Assembly: GCA_963847445.1 (NCBI GenBank)
Contig: CAWJZV010000030.1
Coordinates: 448,001-512,000, forward strand
Length of the DNA: 64,000 bases
Source: an uncultured delta proteobacterium
Lineage (GTDB): Bacteria; Desulfobacterota; Binatia; UBA9968
Reading direction: 5' to 3'
The notes under the pieces were generated by a model, which saw only the letters and a list, made by a program, of their open reading frames with translations, had not been told where the DNA came from and did no database searches. Positions 1 through 9,269 of the stretch are shown piece by piece. Position 1 is the stretch's first letter. Each line of letters starts with the position of its first letter. Position numbers and translations under genes: made by a program.

Positions 1-303
1 GTAGGAGCACATCAAACCATCCTCGCGCACCTGGCCATATTCCAGCGAAGCCAAACGATGGGGGCAGCGAATACCTAACAGACCGGGCCGCCCCTTGCCA
101 TCGCGGAAGACCACCAGATCCTCACTCAACATCCGCACCGCGATCGGGATGTCTTGCAGGTTGGCCGACAAACAGACCGGGTGCCAGTAGCGCCGCAGCA
201 TCGCGCCGCCCTTGGTGCCAGGGCCGGTGCGCGGCAAGTCGTCGAGCAATTGCTGGTAGGAACTCTGCGCCATATTGCCGCGGTCAATCTTGCTATCCGT
301 CAT
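1..303 (-). CDS. Rieske [2Fe-2S] aromatic ring-hydroxylating oxygenase alpha subunit (phthalate/vanillate type), N-terminal part, runs off window
   Basis: Manual translation (not in the ORF track): MTDSKIDRGNMAQSSYQQLLDDLPRTGPGTKGGAMLRRYWHPV...LVVFRDGKGRPGLLGIRCPHRLASLEYGQVREDGLMCSY. Contains the Rieske CxH motif and the second Cys at the window edge; GGAGG RBS upstream of ATG 303. Confidence 0.9.
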   Translation of the reverse strand, partial: MTDSKIDRGNMAQSSYQQLLDDLPRTGPGTKGGAMLRRYWHPVCLSANLQDIPIAVRMLSEDLVVFRDGKGRPGLLGIRCPHRLASLEYGQVREDGLMCSY

Positions 304-447
304 TATCGCCCCTCCGCCATGCTGAAATCTTGCTTTTCATTCTAAAGAATATTTATAAACGCAGACGAATTGCTGTCAACAATTGGCTGAGTGTATTAAG
401 TTCGGCAGCACAGACTCAAACCAACGCCACCATGAGGAAGGACGACC

Positions 448-1464
448 ATGACCATCGCAATAACCACTTTAGCGAGGGCAGTGCTGCTCTTTGTCCTGCC
501 GCTCGCCAGCGCCCAGGCCGGACCCACCGCCGATGGCGCGCTCAAGAAGGGCTTCATTCAGTGCGGCGTCAACACCGGCCTCGCTGGCTTCGCCCAGCCC
601 GATAGCAATGGCGAATGGCGCGGCATCGACGTAGACTTATGCCGCGCCGTGGCCGCGGCGCTATTCGGCGACGCCAAAAAGAACCGCTTCACGCCGCTCA
701 CCGCCCAGCAGCGCTTCACCGCCTTGCAGTCGGGCGAGGTCGATATTCTCTCGCGCAACACCACCTGGACCTTCGCGCGCGACGCCGGCCTCGGCCTCAA
801 CTTCGTCGGGGTCAATTTCTACGACGGCCAAGGCTTCATGGTGACGAAAAAACGCAACGTCAAAAGCGCCAAGCAATTGAACGGTGCCGCCATCTGCGTG
901 CAGCCCGGCACCACCACCGAACTTAATATGGCCGACTACTTCCGCGCCAATAAGATGAAGTTCAAACCGGTAGTCATCGAAAAGCTCGAAGAGGTGTTGA
1001 ACGCCTATTTCACTGGCCGTTGCGATGTCTTTACCACCGACGTCTCCGGATTAGTCGCCGTGCGCGCGGCGCGGGCGACTAATCCGGCCGATCATGTGAT
1101 CTTGCCGGAGGTGATCTCCAAGGAACCCTTCGGTCCGGTGGTGCGCCATGGCGACGACCATTGGCATGACCTCGTCAGGTGGACACTGTTCGCCATGATC
1201 GAAGCCGAAGAGCTCGGCCTGACATCGAAAAACATCGACCAGCAAGGCCAAAACGCCAACCCGGTGGTGCAGCGATTCGTCGGCGCCACCGGCGACTTCG
1301 GCAAAATGCTCAACGTCGACAACCGCTGGGCTTACAACATCGTCAAACAAGTCGGTAACTACGGCGAAAGCTTCGAGCGCCATCTGACCCCGCTGGGTCT
1401 CGACCGCGGCATCAACAAGCTATGGAACAAAGGCGGCATCATGTACGCGCCGCCATTGCGCTAA
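448..1464 (+). CDS. aapJ: General L-amino acid ABC transporter substrate-binding protein
   Basis: Signal peptide; CGVNTGLAGF, GIDVDLCRAVAAA, RFTALQSGEVDILSRNTTWT, ISKEPFGPVVR and GGIMYAPPLR motifs typical of AapJ/BztA. Confidence 0.93.
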   Translation: MTIAITTLARAVLLFVLPLASAQAGPTADGALKKGFIQCGVNTGLAGFAQPDSNGEWRGIDVDLCRAVAAALFGDAKKNRFTPLTAQQRFTALQSGEVDILSRNTTWTFARDAGLGLNFVGVNFYDGQGFMVTKKRNVKSAKQLNGAAICVQPGTTTELNMADYFRANKMKFKPVVIEKLEEVLNAYFTGRCDVFTTDVSGLVAVRAARATNPADHVILPEVISKEPFGPVVRHGDDHWHDLVRWTLFAMIEAEELGLTSKNIDQQGQNANPVVQRFVGATGDFGKMLNVDNRWAYNIVKQVGNYGESFERHLTPLGLDRGINKLWNKGGIMYAPPLR

Positions 1465-1501
1465 GCCCGGCTGATAGACACTGCGAAAGCGGCAATTCCC
1501 G

Positions 1502-2488
1502 ATGGCCCGGCAACTCGACACCCGCCAGCGCGCCGCGCTCTATCAAATCCTGTTGGTGGCCGCCATCTGCCTTGTCGGCTGGTATTTCATTCGCAATGCG
1601 GTGGACAACCTGCTGGCACGCCGTATCGCCAGTGGCTTTGGCTTTCTCTTTCGCGAGGCCGGCTTTGAGATCGGCGAGAGTACTCTGGTCTCCTTCAGCG
1701 CCGCCGATAGTTACTTGAAGGCGCTCGCCGTCGGACTGCTCAACACTTTCCGGGTGGCGCTGCTCGCCGTGGTTTTTTCGACTTTCATCGGCGTTGCCGT
1801 CGGATTAGCGCGTCTGTCGCCCAACTGGCTGTTGGCCAAGCTCGCGTCCGGATATGTCGAACTGCTGCGCAATATTCCCCTGGTCGTGCAGCTATTTTTT
1901 TGGTACGCCGTGATCACCGAAAGCTTGCCGGCGCCGGCCCAGGCGCTGCATCCGCTGCCGGGCTTCTTTCTCAGCAACCGCGGCCTGGCGGTGCCATCGA
2001 TCGCCAGCCTGCTACCGTTCGAAGTGGAGTATCCCAGCCTCTCGGGATTCAACTTTTCCGGCGGCGTGGTGCTGTCGCCGGAATTCGCCGCGCTGCTGCT
2101 TGGCCTGACGCTCTACACCGCGGCGTTTATCGGCGAAATCGTCCGCGCCGGCATCCTCGCCGTCGACCGCGGCCAGTACGAGGCAGCGCAGTCCCAGGGA
2201 TTGAGCCAAACCCAGCTCATGCGTCTGATCATCCTGCCCCAAGCACTGCGCGTGGTCGTGCCGCCGGTCACCAGCCAATACTTGAACTGCACCAAGAATA
2301 GTTCCTTGGCGGTCGCCATCGGCTATCCCGATCTGGTGTCCATCGCCAACACGACCATCAACCAAACCGGCCAGGCCATCGAAGGCATCGCCGTGATCAT
2401 GCTCGTCTATCTAACCATCAGCCTGGCAATATCCGCGGCCATGAATGTTTACAACCAACGCATCGCCCTGCGCGGAGCTCGAACATGA
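1502..2488 (+). CDS. aapQ: Amino acid ABC transporter permease
   Basis: SGFGFL, YVELLRNIPL, EIVRAGILAV..GQYEAA loop, KNSSLAVAIGYPDL; follows aapJ. Confidence 0.92.
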   Translation: MARQLDTRQRAALYQILLVAAICLVGWYFIRNAVDNLLARRIASGFGFLFREAGFEIGESTLVSFSAADSYLKALAVGLLNTFRVALLAVVFSTFIGVAVGLARLSPNWLLAKLASGYVELLRNIPLVVQLFFWYAVITESLPAPAQALHPLPGFFLSNRGLAVPSIASLLPFEVEYPSLSGFNFSGGVVLSPEFAALLLGLTLYTAAFIGEIVRAGILAVDRGQYEAAQSQGLSQTQLMRLIILPQALRVVVPPVTSQYLNCTKNSSLAVAIGYPDLVSIANTTINQTGQAIEGIAVIMLVYLTISLAISAAMNVYNQRIALRGART

Positions 2489-3579
2489 ACCGCGGCGCAG
2501 GATGCCGCGCCGCCATTTGGCACTGGACACGGACGCGATTGTTTGGCAGTTGGCCGTCTTCGATCGCTTCCCTGGTGATTATTTATTTGGCCGTAAAGTT
2601 GCTGCCAGCGCTGATCGATTGGGCATTGATCCGCGCCCTGTGGTCGCCGCATAACGCCGCCGCCTGCCGCGATGCCGCCATCGGCGGCGCCTGCTGGGCC
2701 TTCGTCGCCGAAAAGTACCGATTTATTTTATTTGGCACTTTTCCTGCTGACGAGCACTGGCGCCCGGCACTGGTGATCGCATTCCTGCTCGCGCTCTACG
2801 GCGTGAGCGCGTTTCAGCTGGTGCGCCGGCTGAATCTTTTCTGGCTTTGGCTGGCTGGGCTAGTTGGCATCGGCCTACTCATGTGGGGCGGTGTTTTCGG
2901 CCTCACCTACGTCGAAAACGAGCGCTGGGGCGGACTCACGCTGACTCTCCTGCTCAGCACCTTCGGTATCGCCCTGGCGTTTCCCCTGTCGATTCTCTTG
3001 GCCCTTGGGCGGCGTTCGGAGCTGCCGCTGGTGCGCTGGTTTTCGATTGGCTATATCGAATTGATTCGCGGCGTGCCGCTGATCTCGGTGCTGTTCATGG
3101 CCTCGGTCATGCTGCCGCTGTTCTTGCCGCAGGGAGTATCCATCGACAAGCTCCTGCGCGCCCAGCTGGCGATGATCCTGTTCGCCGCGGCCTATCTGGC
3201 GGAAGTGATCCGCGGCGGATTACAGGCGATCCCACCGCAGCAGGAGGAAGCCGCTCTTGCGCTCGGCCTTGGCTACTGGCAGCGCGTCCGTTACGTCACC
3301 CTGCCCCAGGCCTTGCGCGTCGCCATACCGCCGTTGGTCAATACCTTCATCGGTTTTTTCAAAGACACATCACTGGTCGTCATCATCGGCCTGTTCGACT
3401 TTCTCACCACGATCAAAGTCTCTCTGAGCGAACCGGCCTGGAGCGGTTTCGGCATCGAGGCGTACTTGTTCGCCGCCCTGGGATATTTCGCTTTCTGTTA
3501 TCCCATGTCCCGCTATAGCCAAGCGCTGGAGCGCCAAACCGCCCATGGCACCGGCTTGCGCGCGCTGCGGGAAAATTAA
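2485..3579 (+). CDS. aapM: Amino acid ABC transporter permease
   Basis: GACWAFV, WGGLTLTL, YIELIRGVPLI, AEVIRGGLQAIP, FKDTSLV; ATGA overlap with aapQ. Confidence 0.92.
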   Translation: MNRGAGCRAAIWHWTRTRLFGSWPSSIASLVIIYLAVKLLPALIDWALIRALWSPHNAAACRDAAIGGACWAFVAEKYRFILFGTFPADEHWRPALVIAFLLALYGVSAFQLVRRLNLFWLWLAGLVGIGLLMWGGVFGLTYVENERWGGLTLTLLLSTFGIALAFPLSILLALGRRSELPLVRWFSIGYIELIRGVPLISVLFMASVMLPLFLPQGVSIDKLLRAQLAMILFAAAYLAEVIRGGLQAIPPQQEEAALALGLGYWQRVRYVTLPQALRVAIPPLVNTFIGFFKDTSLVVIIGLFDFLTTIKVSLSEPAWSGFGIEAYLFAALGYFAFCYPMSRYSQALERQTAHGTGLRALREN

Positions 3580-3644
3580 CCGCGCCAGTTTGAGCCAAGC
3601 GAAACCGTCATGCTAAAATCATTTTCGTCTGGACGTCAGCGAAG

Positions 3645-4391
3645 ATGAGAAAACTCTTAGTCTGCCAACATGTGCCCCACGAGATCTTGGGCACCCTCAA
3701 TCCCATGCTCAAGCGCGCCGGCTTTCGGATTCGCTATGTCAATTTTGGCCGCCATCCCGATGCGCAACCGAGCTTGGACGGATACGACGGCCTGATTGTA
3801 CTGGGAGGCCCTATGTCCGCCTATGACGACCAGCGGCTTCCCCACCTGGCGGTTGAAATGAAGCTGATCGAGAGCGCCATGGAGCGCAACCTGCCAGTGT
3901 TGGGCATCTGCTTGGGTGGCCAGCTGGTCGCCCGCACCCTGGGCGCGCGCGTCTACGCCAACCATGTCAAGGAAATCGGCTGGTACGATGTCGCGCCGTC
4001 GCCGCATGCCGATGACGACCCGCTGTTCGACGAGTTCGAAGAACGGGAAACGCTCTTTCAATGGCACGGCGACACCTTCGACATCCCCAACGGAGCAATC
4101 CATCTGGCGTCGTCGCGCCACTGTCTGAATCAAGCGTTTCGTTACGGCGACAACGTGTACGCCTTCCAATTCCATCTCGAAGTCGACGAACCGATGATCC
4201 TGCGTTGGCTAAAGGTGCCGGAGAACCGTCACGAGATCGCCCGCCTGCATGGCGACATCGACCCGGATCGAATCCACACCGAGACCGCCCGTCATATCGC
4301 CCGGCTCCATGAGCTGAGCGATCGGGTGTTCGGCGAGTTCATCGAGATCTTCGGTCTCGACAAGAGCCGCCGCCGGCTGATCTCAAGATAG
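3645..4391 (+). CDS. Class I glutamine amidotransferase-like protein (GMP-synthase-like GATase)
   Basis: LGGPMS, VLGICLGGQL nucleophile elbow, QWHGDTF, QFHLE catalytic His-Glu. Confidence 0.9.
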   Translation: MRKLLVCQHVPHEILGTLNPMLKRAGFRIRYVNFGRHPDAQPSLDGYDGLIVLGGPMSAYDDQRLPHLAVEMKLIESAMERNLPVLGICLGGQLVARTLGARVYANHVKEIGWYDVAPSPHADDDPLFDEFEERETLFQWHGDTFDIPNGAIHLASSRHCLNQAFRYGDNVYAFQFHLEVDEPMILRWLKVPENRHEIARLHGDIDPDRIHTETARHIARLHELSDRVFGEFIEIFGLDKSRRRLISR

Positions 4392-4549
4392 CTGCCGTTG
4401 CGCGGCAGCACAGCAACGGGGCAACTTAACTGAACGACGTGAGTGAAGAGATGACAGGATTGGACAATTGGCAGAGTAACGAATTGACTGGACGTGAGAC
4501 TCCAGGGGATACTATTTTAACTGGCAAAATTTGCCCAGACCCATTCGCC

Positions 4550-4681
4550 TCATGGCTCCGGTCGGTGCCTGCTAACTGCCAACAGGTTTTTTCTTTTCTT
4601 CCCGAGCGCCAGCACGGCGAACAACGAACCGAGCGACATGGCAGCGGCAATCAACGACCTTCTGAACATGTCATACATCAT
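4550..4681 (-). CDS. Putative 43-aa small membrane peptide (sORF1)
   Basis: MMYDMFRRSLIAAAMSLGSLFAVLALGKKRKNLLAVSRHRPEP; AGGAG RBS at 4692-4696; sigma54-type promoter directly upstream; hydrophobic stretch followed by a basic tail. Confidence 0.6.
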   Translation of the reverse strand: MMYDMFRRSLIAAAMSLGSLFAVLALGKKRKNLLAVSRHRPEP

Positions 4682-4708
4682 GGCAGTGTTTCTCCTGGCA
4701 AGTTCCTG

Positions 4709-4724
4709 AGCAACAGTAATGCCA
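4709..4724 (-). promoter_or_regulatory. sigma54 (-24/-12) promoter for sORF1
   Basis: Minus strand reads TGGCATTACTGTTGCT, an exact GG-N10-GC match to TGGCAC-N5-TTGC. Confidence 0.7.
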
Positions 4725-4883
4725 GAGCTTACTGCTTGAAATAATCGCGGCTTTTTTGATCGCAGTGCCAGACGAAACCTTGTCAGGCACGGCGCGCTTG
4801 TCAGGATTGACCGCGCCCTGCCGACCTGCGAATGATTGCAATGAACCCCAACACCGGTGGAAAATAACCCAGGAGATTTTTGC

Positions 4884-6011
4884 ATGACCCGCAAGTGGCC
4901 CAACCTAATCGCCGTGCTGATACTGAAGCTGTTGCTAGTGGATACCGGGGCAGCCGCCGAACCCAAGCCGGCCAGCGGCCAGGAATGGGACGCCTTGGTG
5001 AAGAAAGCCGAGGAAGAAGGCGAAGTCGCCATCTATGCCACTGACTCTATCGGCAACGCTCAGTCGATCTGGGCGGCATTTCAAAAGCGTTATCCCAAGA
5101 TCAAGCTGATCGGCACCTCGGTGGGCCGGGGCAGCGATCTGTTCCCCAAGCTCTTTAGCGAACGGCGCGCCGGTAAGTATCTCGCCGATGTCTTTCTCGC
5201 CGGACCCACCGCGGTCCATCTCAACCTCTACCCAGCCAAAGTCCTCGACCCGATGCCGCCGGCGTTGGTCCATCCAAATGTCACCGATCTGTCTAAATGG
5301 TGGCAAGGCAAACATCACTACGTCGACCCCGAGGGGCAGTACAACTTCATGTACGAAAGCGCTCTCTACGGTCCGCCGCTGTCGTTCAACACCAGTATCG
5401 TCAATGAAAAAGAAATAAAGTCGGCTTGGGATCTCGTCCAGCCGCAATGGAAGGGTAAATTGGCCGTCTTGCAATTAAACGCGACTCAGGGTTCCACCGC
5501 GTTGGCCTTCGTCTATCATCATCCCCAGTTGGGGCCCAAGTTCATTGAGCGCGTCTACCGCGACATGGAGCCGACCTTCTTCCGCGATTTGCGCCAGGGC
5601 ACTGACTGGCTGTCCCAAGGAAAGTTCCCTATCTGTTTTCTCTGCCGGCGCATCGACCGGGCGCAGATGCAGGGACTGCCGGTCGCCGAACTCGATCCCT
5701 ACGCCATCACCGAGCGGCCCGGCATCGGCTCTGGATCGGGGGCCATTGTCTTGATGAATCGCCACCCCCACCCCAACGCTGCAAAAGTTTTTCTCAATTG
5801 GTTTTTGTCGCTGGAAGGCCAGATCGCCTTTCGCCAAGCCAACACCGACGAATTGCGGGTTGGCTCCATGCGCGAGGATCTACCGCAGGAAATTCTGCCG
5901 CCGCTGGCGCGCCGACGCAAAGATAAGGAATACTTATTTATCAACCGGCCTGAATGGATGGATTTCAAACCGATCCAAGCACTGCTCGATCAGCTGAAGA
6001 AGGGCAAATAA
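4884..6011 (+). CDS. Orphan ABC-type extracellular solute-binding protein (Fe3+/thiamine/polyamine-like family)
   Basis: Signal peptide MTRKWPNLIAV..; WDALVKKAEEEGEV, SERRAGKYLADV, WDLVQPQWKGK, PHPNAAKVFLNWFLSLEGQ; AGGAG RBS at 4871. Confidence 0.85.
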   Translation: MTRKWPNLIAVLILKLLLVDTGAAAEPKPASGQEWDALVKKAEEEGEVAIYATDSIGNAQSIWAAFQKRYPKIKLIGTSVGRGSDLFPKLFSERRAGKYLADVFLAGPTAVHLNLYPAKVLDPMPPALVHPNVTDLSKWWQGKHHYVDPEGQYNFMYESALYGPPLSFNTSIVNEKEIKSAWDLVQPQWKGKLAVLQLNATQGSTALAFVYHHPQLGPKFIERVYRDMEPTFFRDLRQGTDWLSQGKFPICFLCRRIDRAQMQGLPVAELDPYAITERPGIGSGSGAIVLMNRHPHPNAAKVFLNWFLSLEGQIAFRQANTDELRVGSMREDLPQEILPPLARRRKDKEYLFINRPEWMDFKPIQALLDQLKKGK

Positions 6012-6086
6012 CCAAAGACTATGGTCCAGGGCGGATCGCCCGTCACTGAGATTAAGCGGATGGGTTCGAAAATCCTAGCGGTTACC

Positions 6087-6215
6087 TTAGCGGACGCGAA
6101 AGTCACGAATCGGTCGTTTGGTTCTTTTGGTCTTGCCGAGCATGCGTAAAATTATGACCGCTGCCAGCGGCACCAGCACCACCACCAAGGTTAGTAAGAT
6201 CAGGTCGGTCAACAT
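6087..6215 (-). CDS. Putative 42-aa single-pass membrane peptide (sORF2)
   Basis: Manual translation MLTDLILLTLVVVLVPLAAVIILRMLGKTKRTKRPIRDFRVR; GAGGAG RBS at 6225-6230; clear TM helix plus basic tail; sigma54-type promoter upstream. Confidence 0.7.
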   Translation of the reverse strand: MLTDLILLTLVVVLVPLAAVIILRMLGKTKRTKRPIRDFRVR

Positions 6216-6244
6216 GTCGTGCTACTCCTCAGGGTCGGTTTAAC

Positions 6245-6260
6245 AGCAACCCACAGGCCA
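6245..6260 (-). promoter_or_regulatory. sigma54 (-24/-12) promoter for sORF2
   Basis: Minus strand reads TGGCCTGTGGGTTGCT (GG-N10-GC); IHF-like TTTCAAATAGTTA at ~6277-6289. Confidence 0.65.
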
Positions 6261-6466
6261 CTCCGCAGCGCTTATTTTTCAAATAGTTAGCTTGAGGGAG
6301 CGATAACACTGACACTGTCAACGGGGGGCAAAAGTGACAAGAATGACAATCGAACGACGATCGTTCAGTTGCAGTACGCTATGGCGACGGCTGGTGACGC
6401 GCGCCACAGCGCGAAATGCCGGATGAACCTCAATGGCGGCAACGGCAACGCCCTATCTGGAGCAAT

Positions 6467-6886
6467 TTACTCTTCTCGCCCCGGCTGCACCGTCGATCGC
6501 CGCCCTTTTTTTTCCGATTGATGGTGTTTGTCGTCGAGCATGCGCATTTTGGCGCGCCGCGAGCGCTTGCGCTTCTGCCGGCGGATCTTCTCGATGCGCT
6601 GCATCTCCGCGCTCGCCGCACCGCGCTTTTGGGTGTCGATCTTATCGAGCAAGAGCCGGCGCGCTAAAAAGCGATTGAGCGCCTGGGAGCGTTCCTGTTG
6701 GCATTTGACGCGAATACCGGTGGGGCGGTGATGGAGCACGACGCAGGATGCAACCTTATTGACGTTCTGGCCACCGGCGCCGGAAGAACGCACGAACTGC
6801 TCGTCGATATCGGACTCGCGCACGCCGAGCGCGAGCATGCGCTCGCTGAGCTGTTTTTCTTTATCGGCCGAAACTAACGTCGCCAT
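6467..6886 (-). CDS. Stop-codon-independent peptidyl-tRNA hydrolase / RF-1 domain protein (ArfB/C12orf65-like)
   Basis: [18 protein letters not shown] motif, [11 protein letters not shown], long basic C-terminal tail, no codon-recognition domain. Confidence 0.85.
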   Translation of the reverse strand: MATLVSADKEKQLSERMLALGVRESDIDEQFVRSSGAGGQNVNKVASCVVLHHRPTGIRVKCQQERSQALNRFLARRLLLDKIDTQKRGAASAEMQRIEKIRRQKRKRSRRAKMRMLDDKHHQSEKKGRRSTVQPGREE

Positions 6887-6911
6887 GGCGGCACATCCAG
6901 AGTGGCAAATC

Positions 6912-7995
6912 CTAGAGCCCGTAAAGCGCTTTGGGATTATCGAACAGAATCTTTCGTTTCACCTCCGGGCTCAGCTCCGCCATCGCCTTGAATCTCGCGA
7001 TGGCGTTGAGTTCGCTGGAAGTGTCACCATGGCCGTAATCTGTGCCGATGACCAGATTGCCCTCGCCGGCGTAGGAAAGAATATAGAGAAAATCGTCATC
7101 GCTTTGGGTCGAAACGTAGATATTGTATTCGCACAGACAATCGCGCGAGATCGGCCGCTCACTGCCCAGCGAGCGGCGCATCGCCTCGTGAATCACCCAG
7201 GGCACCCATTGGCTCGACACCTCGATGAAGCCCCAGCGCAGCTTGGGAAATACTTGCGGAATTTCGCTCATGATCAGCGCGTAACATGACGTCACCGTCG
7301 GCACGCGGAAGGTCGAAAAGCCGCCGCCGGCTTCGTTGGTCATGAGCTTGAAGAGTTCCGGACTACCGTTGCCCAGATGCACCGTGACCGGGATATCGAG
7401 ACGTTCCGCCTCTTCGTAGATCGGGTAATAAAACCGATCGGTCATCATGCGGTCGCGTTCGAAGGGGCGCATGCACACACCGACAGCGCCATGTTCTTTG
7501 GCGAAGCGAATCTGCGGAACCGCTTCCTTGGGCGACAACGCCGGCACCACGCAGGTCCAGCGCAAGCGGTCTTCGGCCGAGCCGCCAGACATCGGCCAAC
7601 CAACGATTCCACGCCCAGCTGAGCGCGATCTCGGCATCGGCGCGGGCAGTGAGCGGCGTGATCCACAGCGAGTTGAACAGCACCTGGATGTCGATGCCGA
7701 GCTCGTCCATGTGCTTGAGCCGCTGCTGCACGTTGGACAGCTCGCGCGCTGCCACCGGCGTTGCGACTTCCCGGCCAAACCGTTGCAGATGCGCTGCCGA
7801 CTCCTGCTCATCGGGCGAGGGAAACTTGTGGCCGAGATTTTCGCCGTCGAGCACCCAGAATTGCCGCTTGGGATTTTCCGGCGACGGCATCAAGGTCGGG
7901 CGAAATTTCTTTTCACCGCCTTCGAGGTAGTCCCAGACCCGTTCGCTCTCCACCACATGGGCATCGGCGTCGATCACGGCGGTTTTGTAGTTCAT
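6912..7995 (-). CDS. Amidohydrolase_2 family protein (LigW/ACMSD-like), one frameshift near 7580
   Basis: N-part IDADAHVVE...[16 protein letters not shown] (7363-7995); C-part [19 protein letters not shown]...IGTDYGHGD...[13 protein letters not shown] (6912-7811). Confidence 0.85.
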
Positions 7996-8174
7996 CTGGC
8001 CAACTCCTTCTGCTTGTGAATAATTACCTGACTGGGACTAAGCTGTCCACAACTAACCCGGCGGCAAAAATTGGCCAGCAGGTCGTAATCCCGCCGCGCA
8101 CCGGATATAAGAGTTCCTAGCTCATCGCGCGTCTCCCACGCCCAAGATTCGCCAGCGCCGATCGATCCGACACC

Positions 8175-9269
8175 ATGAACGAGTTTACCCACCTTCGACA
8201 ACGGATGAGCGGTATTCTGACTGCCTTGGCGGTGGGCGTCCCGGCCGGCTTTCTCTTCGCCTGGCTGCACACGCCGATACCCTGGATGTTGGGACCGATG
8301 ATCGCGGTGGCGAGCCTGAATCTGATGGGCGTGACCATGCACTCGCCGCCCTATGCCCGCCAGTTGGGTCAGGTCATCTTGGGCTCGGCGGTATCGTTGT
8401 ACTTCACGCCGCCGGTGGTGGCCAGCCTCGCTGCCAATCTCCCAGCGGTATTGGCCGCCACCGTCGCGGTATTTATCGTCGGCATCTTCGGCGCGCTGAC
8501 CTTGAGCAAAGCCTCCGGCGTCGACTGGAAGTCGACCTTCTTCGCCTCGATCCCCGGCGGCGCCATGGCCATGGCGGTGCTCGCCGACCGCTATGGCGCG
8601 CAGATGTCGCCAGTGGCGGTGGCGCACAGTCTGCGCGTCTCGGTGGTCGTCATCGTCGTTCCGTTTGTCCTAACCTACAGCGGCATTCCGCTGGAAGCCG
8701 CCGCCTATAAGCCGGACATACCGTTGTTCCCAGCGATCTTGGCGGTCTGGTTGTTGATCAGTGGCGTCTTCGGCGAGATTTCCGAAAGATTTCATTTTCA
8801 CAATGGCTGCCTGTTGGTGCCGATATTTTTCGGCGCGGCGTTGACCATGGGCGGCGTTGAATTATCCTCCGTGCCGCACACGCTCACCGACTTCGCCCAG
8901 CTGATGTTTGGCTTGGTCCTCGGCGCGCGCTACGAACGGGCCTTTTTCGCGCGCCACAGACTGTTCATTCCCTTCGCCCTGCTCAATTCACTCTTCATCC
9001 TGGTCGCCTCGGCGATCGCCGGCGCCGCCCTCGCCTGGGCCTTCGACCTGCCGATCGCGACCATGATCATCGCCACTTCGCCCGGCGGCCTGGCCGAGAT
9101 GACGATTACCGCCCAGGCGCTGCATATCAGCGTGCCGCTGGTGGTGGCGTTTCACCTATTTCGCGTGGTGGTCGTCAACATGGGCACGCAACATATCTTC
9201 GTTGCGGTGTCGCGCCTAGTGAGCCGCCTGCCCACCGACGGCGAACCCGCACCAAACCGCGACCGGTGA
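8175..9269 (+). CDS. AbrB-family (AidB regulator / putative ammonia monooxygenase family) membrane protein
   Basis: Two internal repeats: PIPWMLGPM..GQVILG..FFASIPGG and AQLMFG..ATSPGGLAEM..FHLFRV; about 10 TM helices. Confidence 0.85.
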   Translation: MNEFTHLRQRMSGILTALAVGVPAGFLFAWLHTPIPWMLGPMIAVASLNLMGVTMHSPPYARQLGQVILGSAVSLYFTPPVVASLAANLPAVLAATVAVFIVGIFGALTLSKASGVDWKSTFFASIPGGAMAMAVLADRYGAQMSPVAVAHSLRVSVVVIVVPFVLTYSGIPLEAAAYKPDIPLFPAILAVWLLISGVFGEISERFHFHNGCLLVPIFFGAALTMGGVELSSVPHTLTDFAQLMFGLVLGARYERAFFARHRLFIPFALLNSLFILVASAIAGAALAWAFDLPIATMIIATSPGGLAEMTITAQALHISVPLVVAFHLFRVVVVNMGTQHIFVAVSRLVSRLPTDGEPAPNRDR

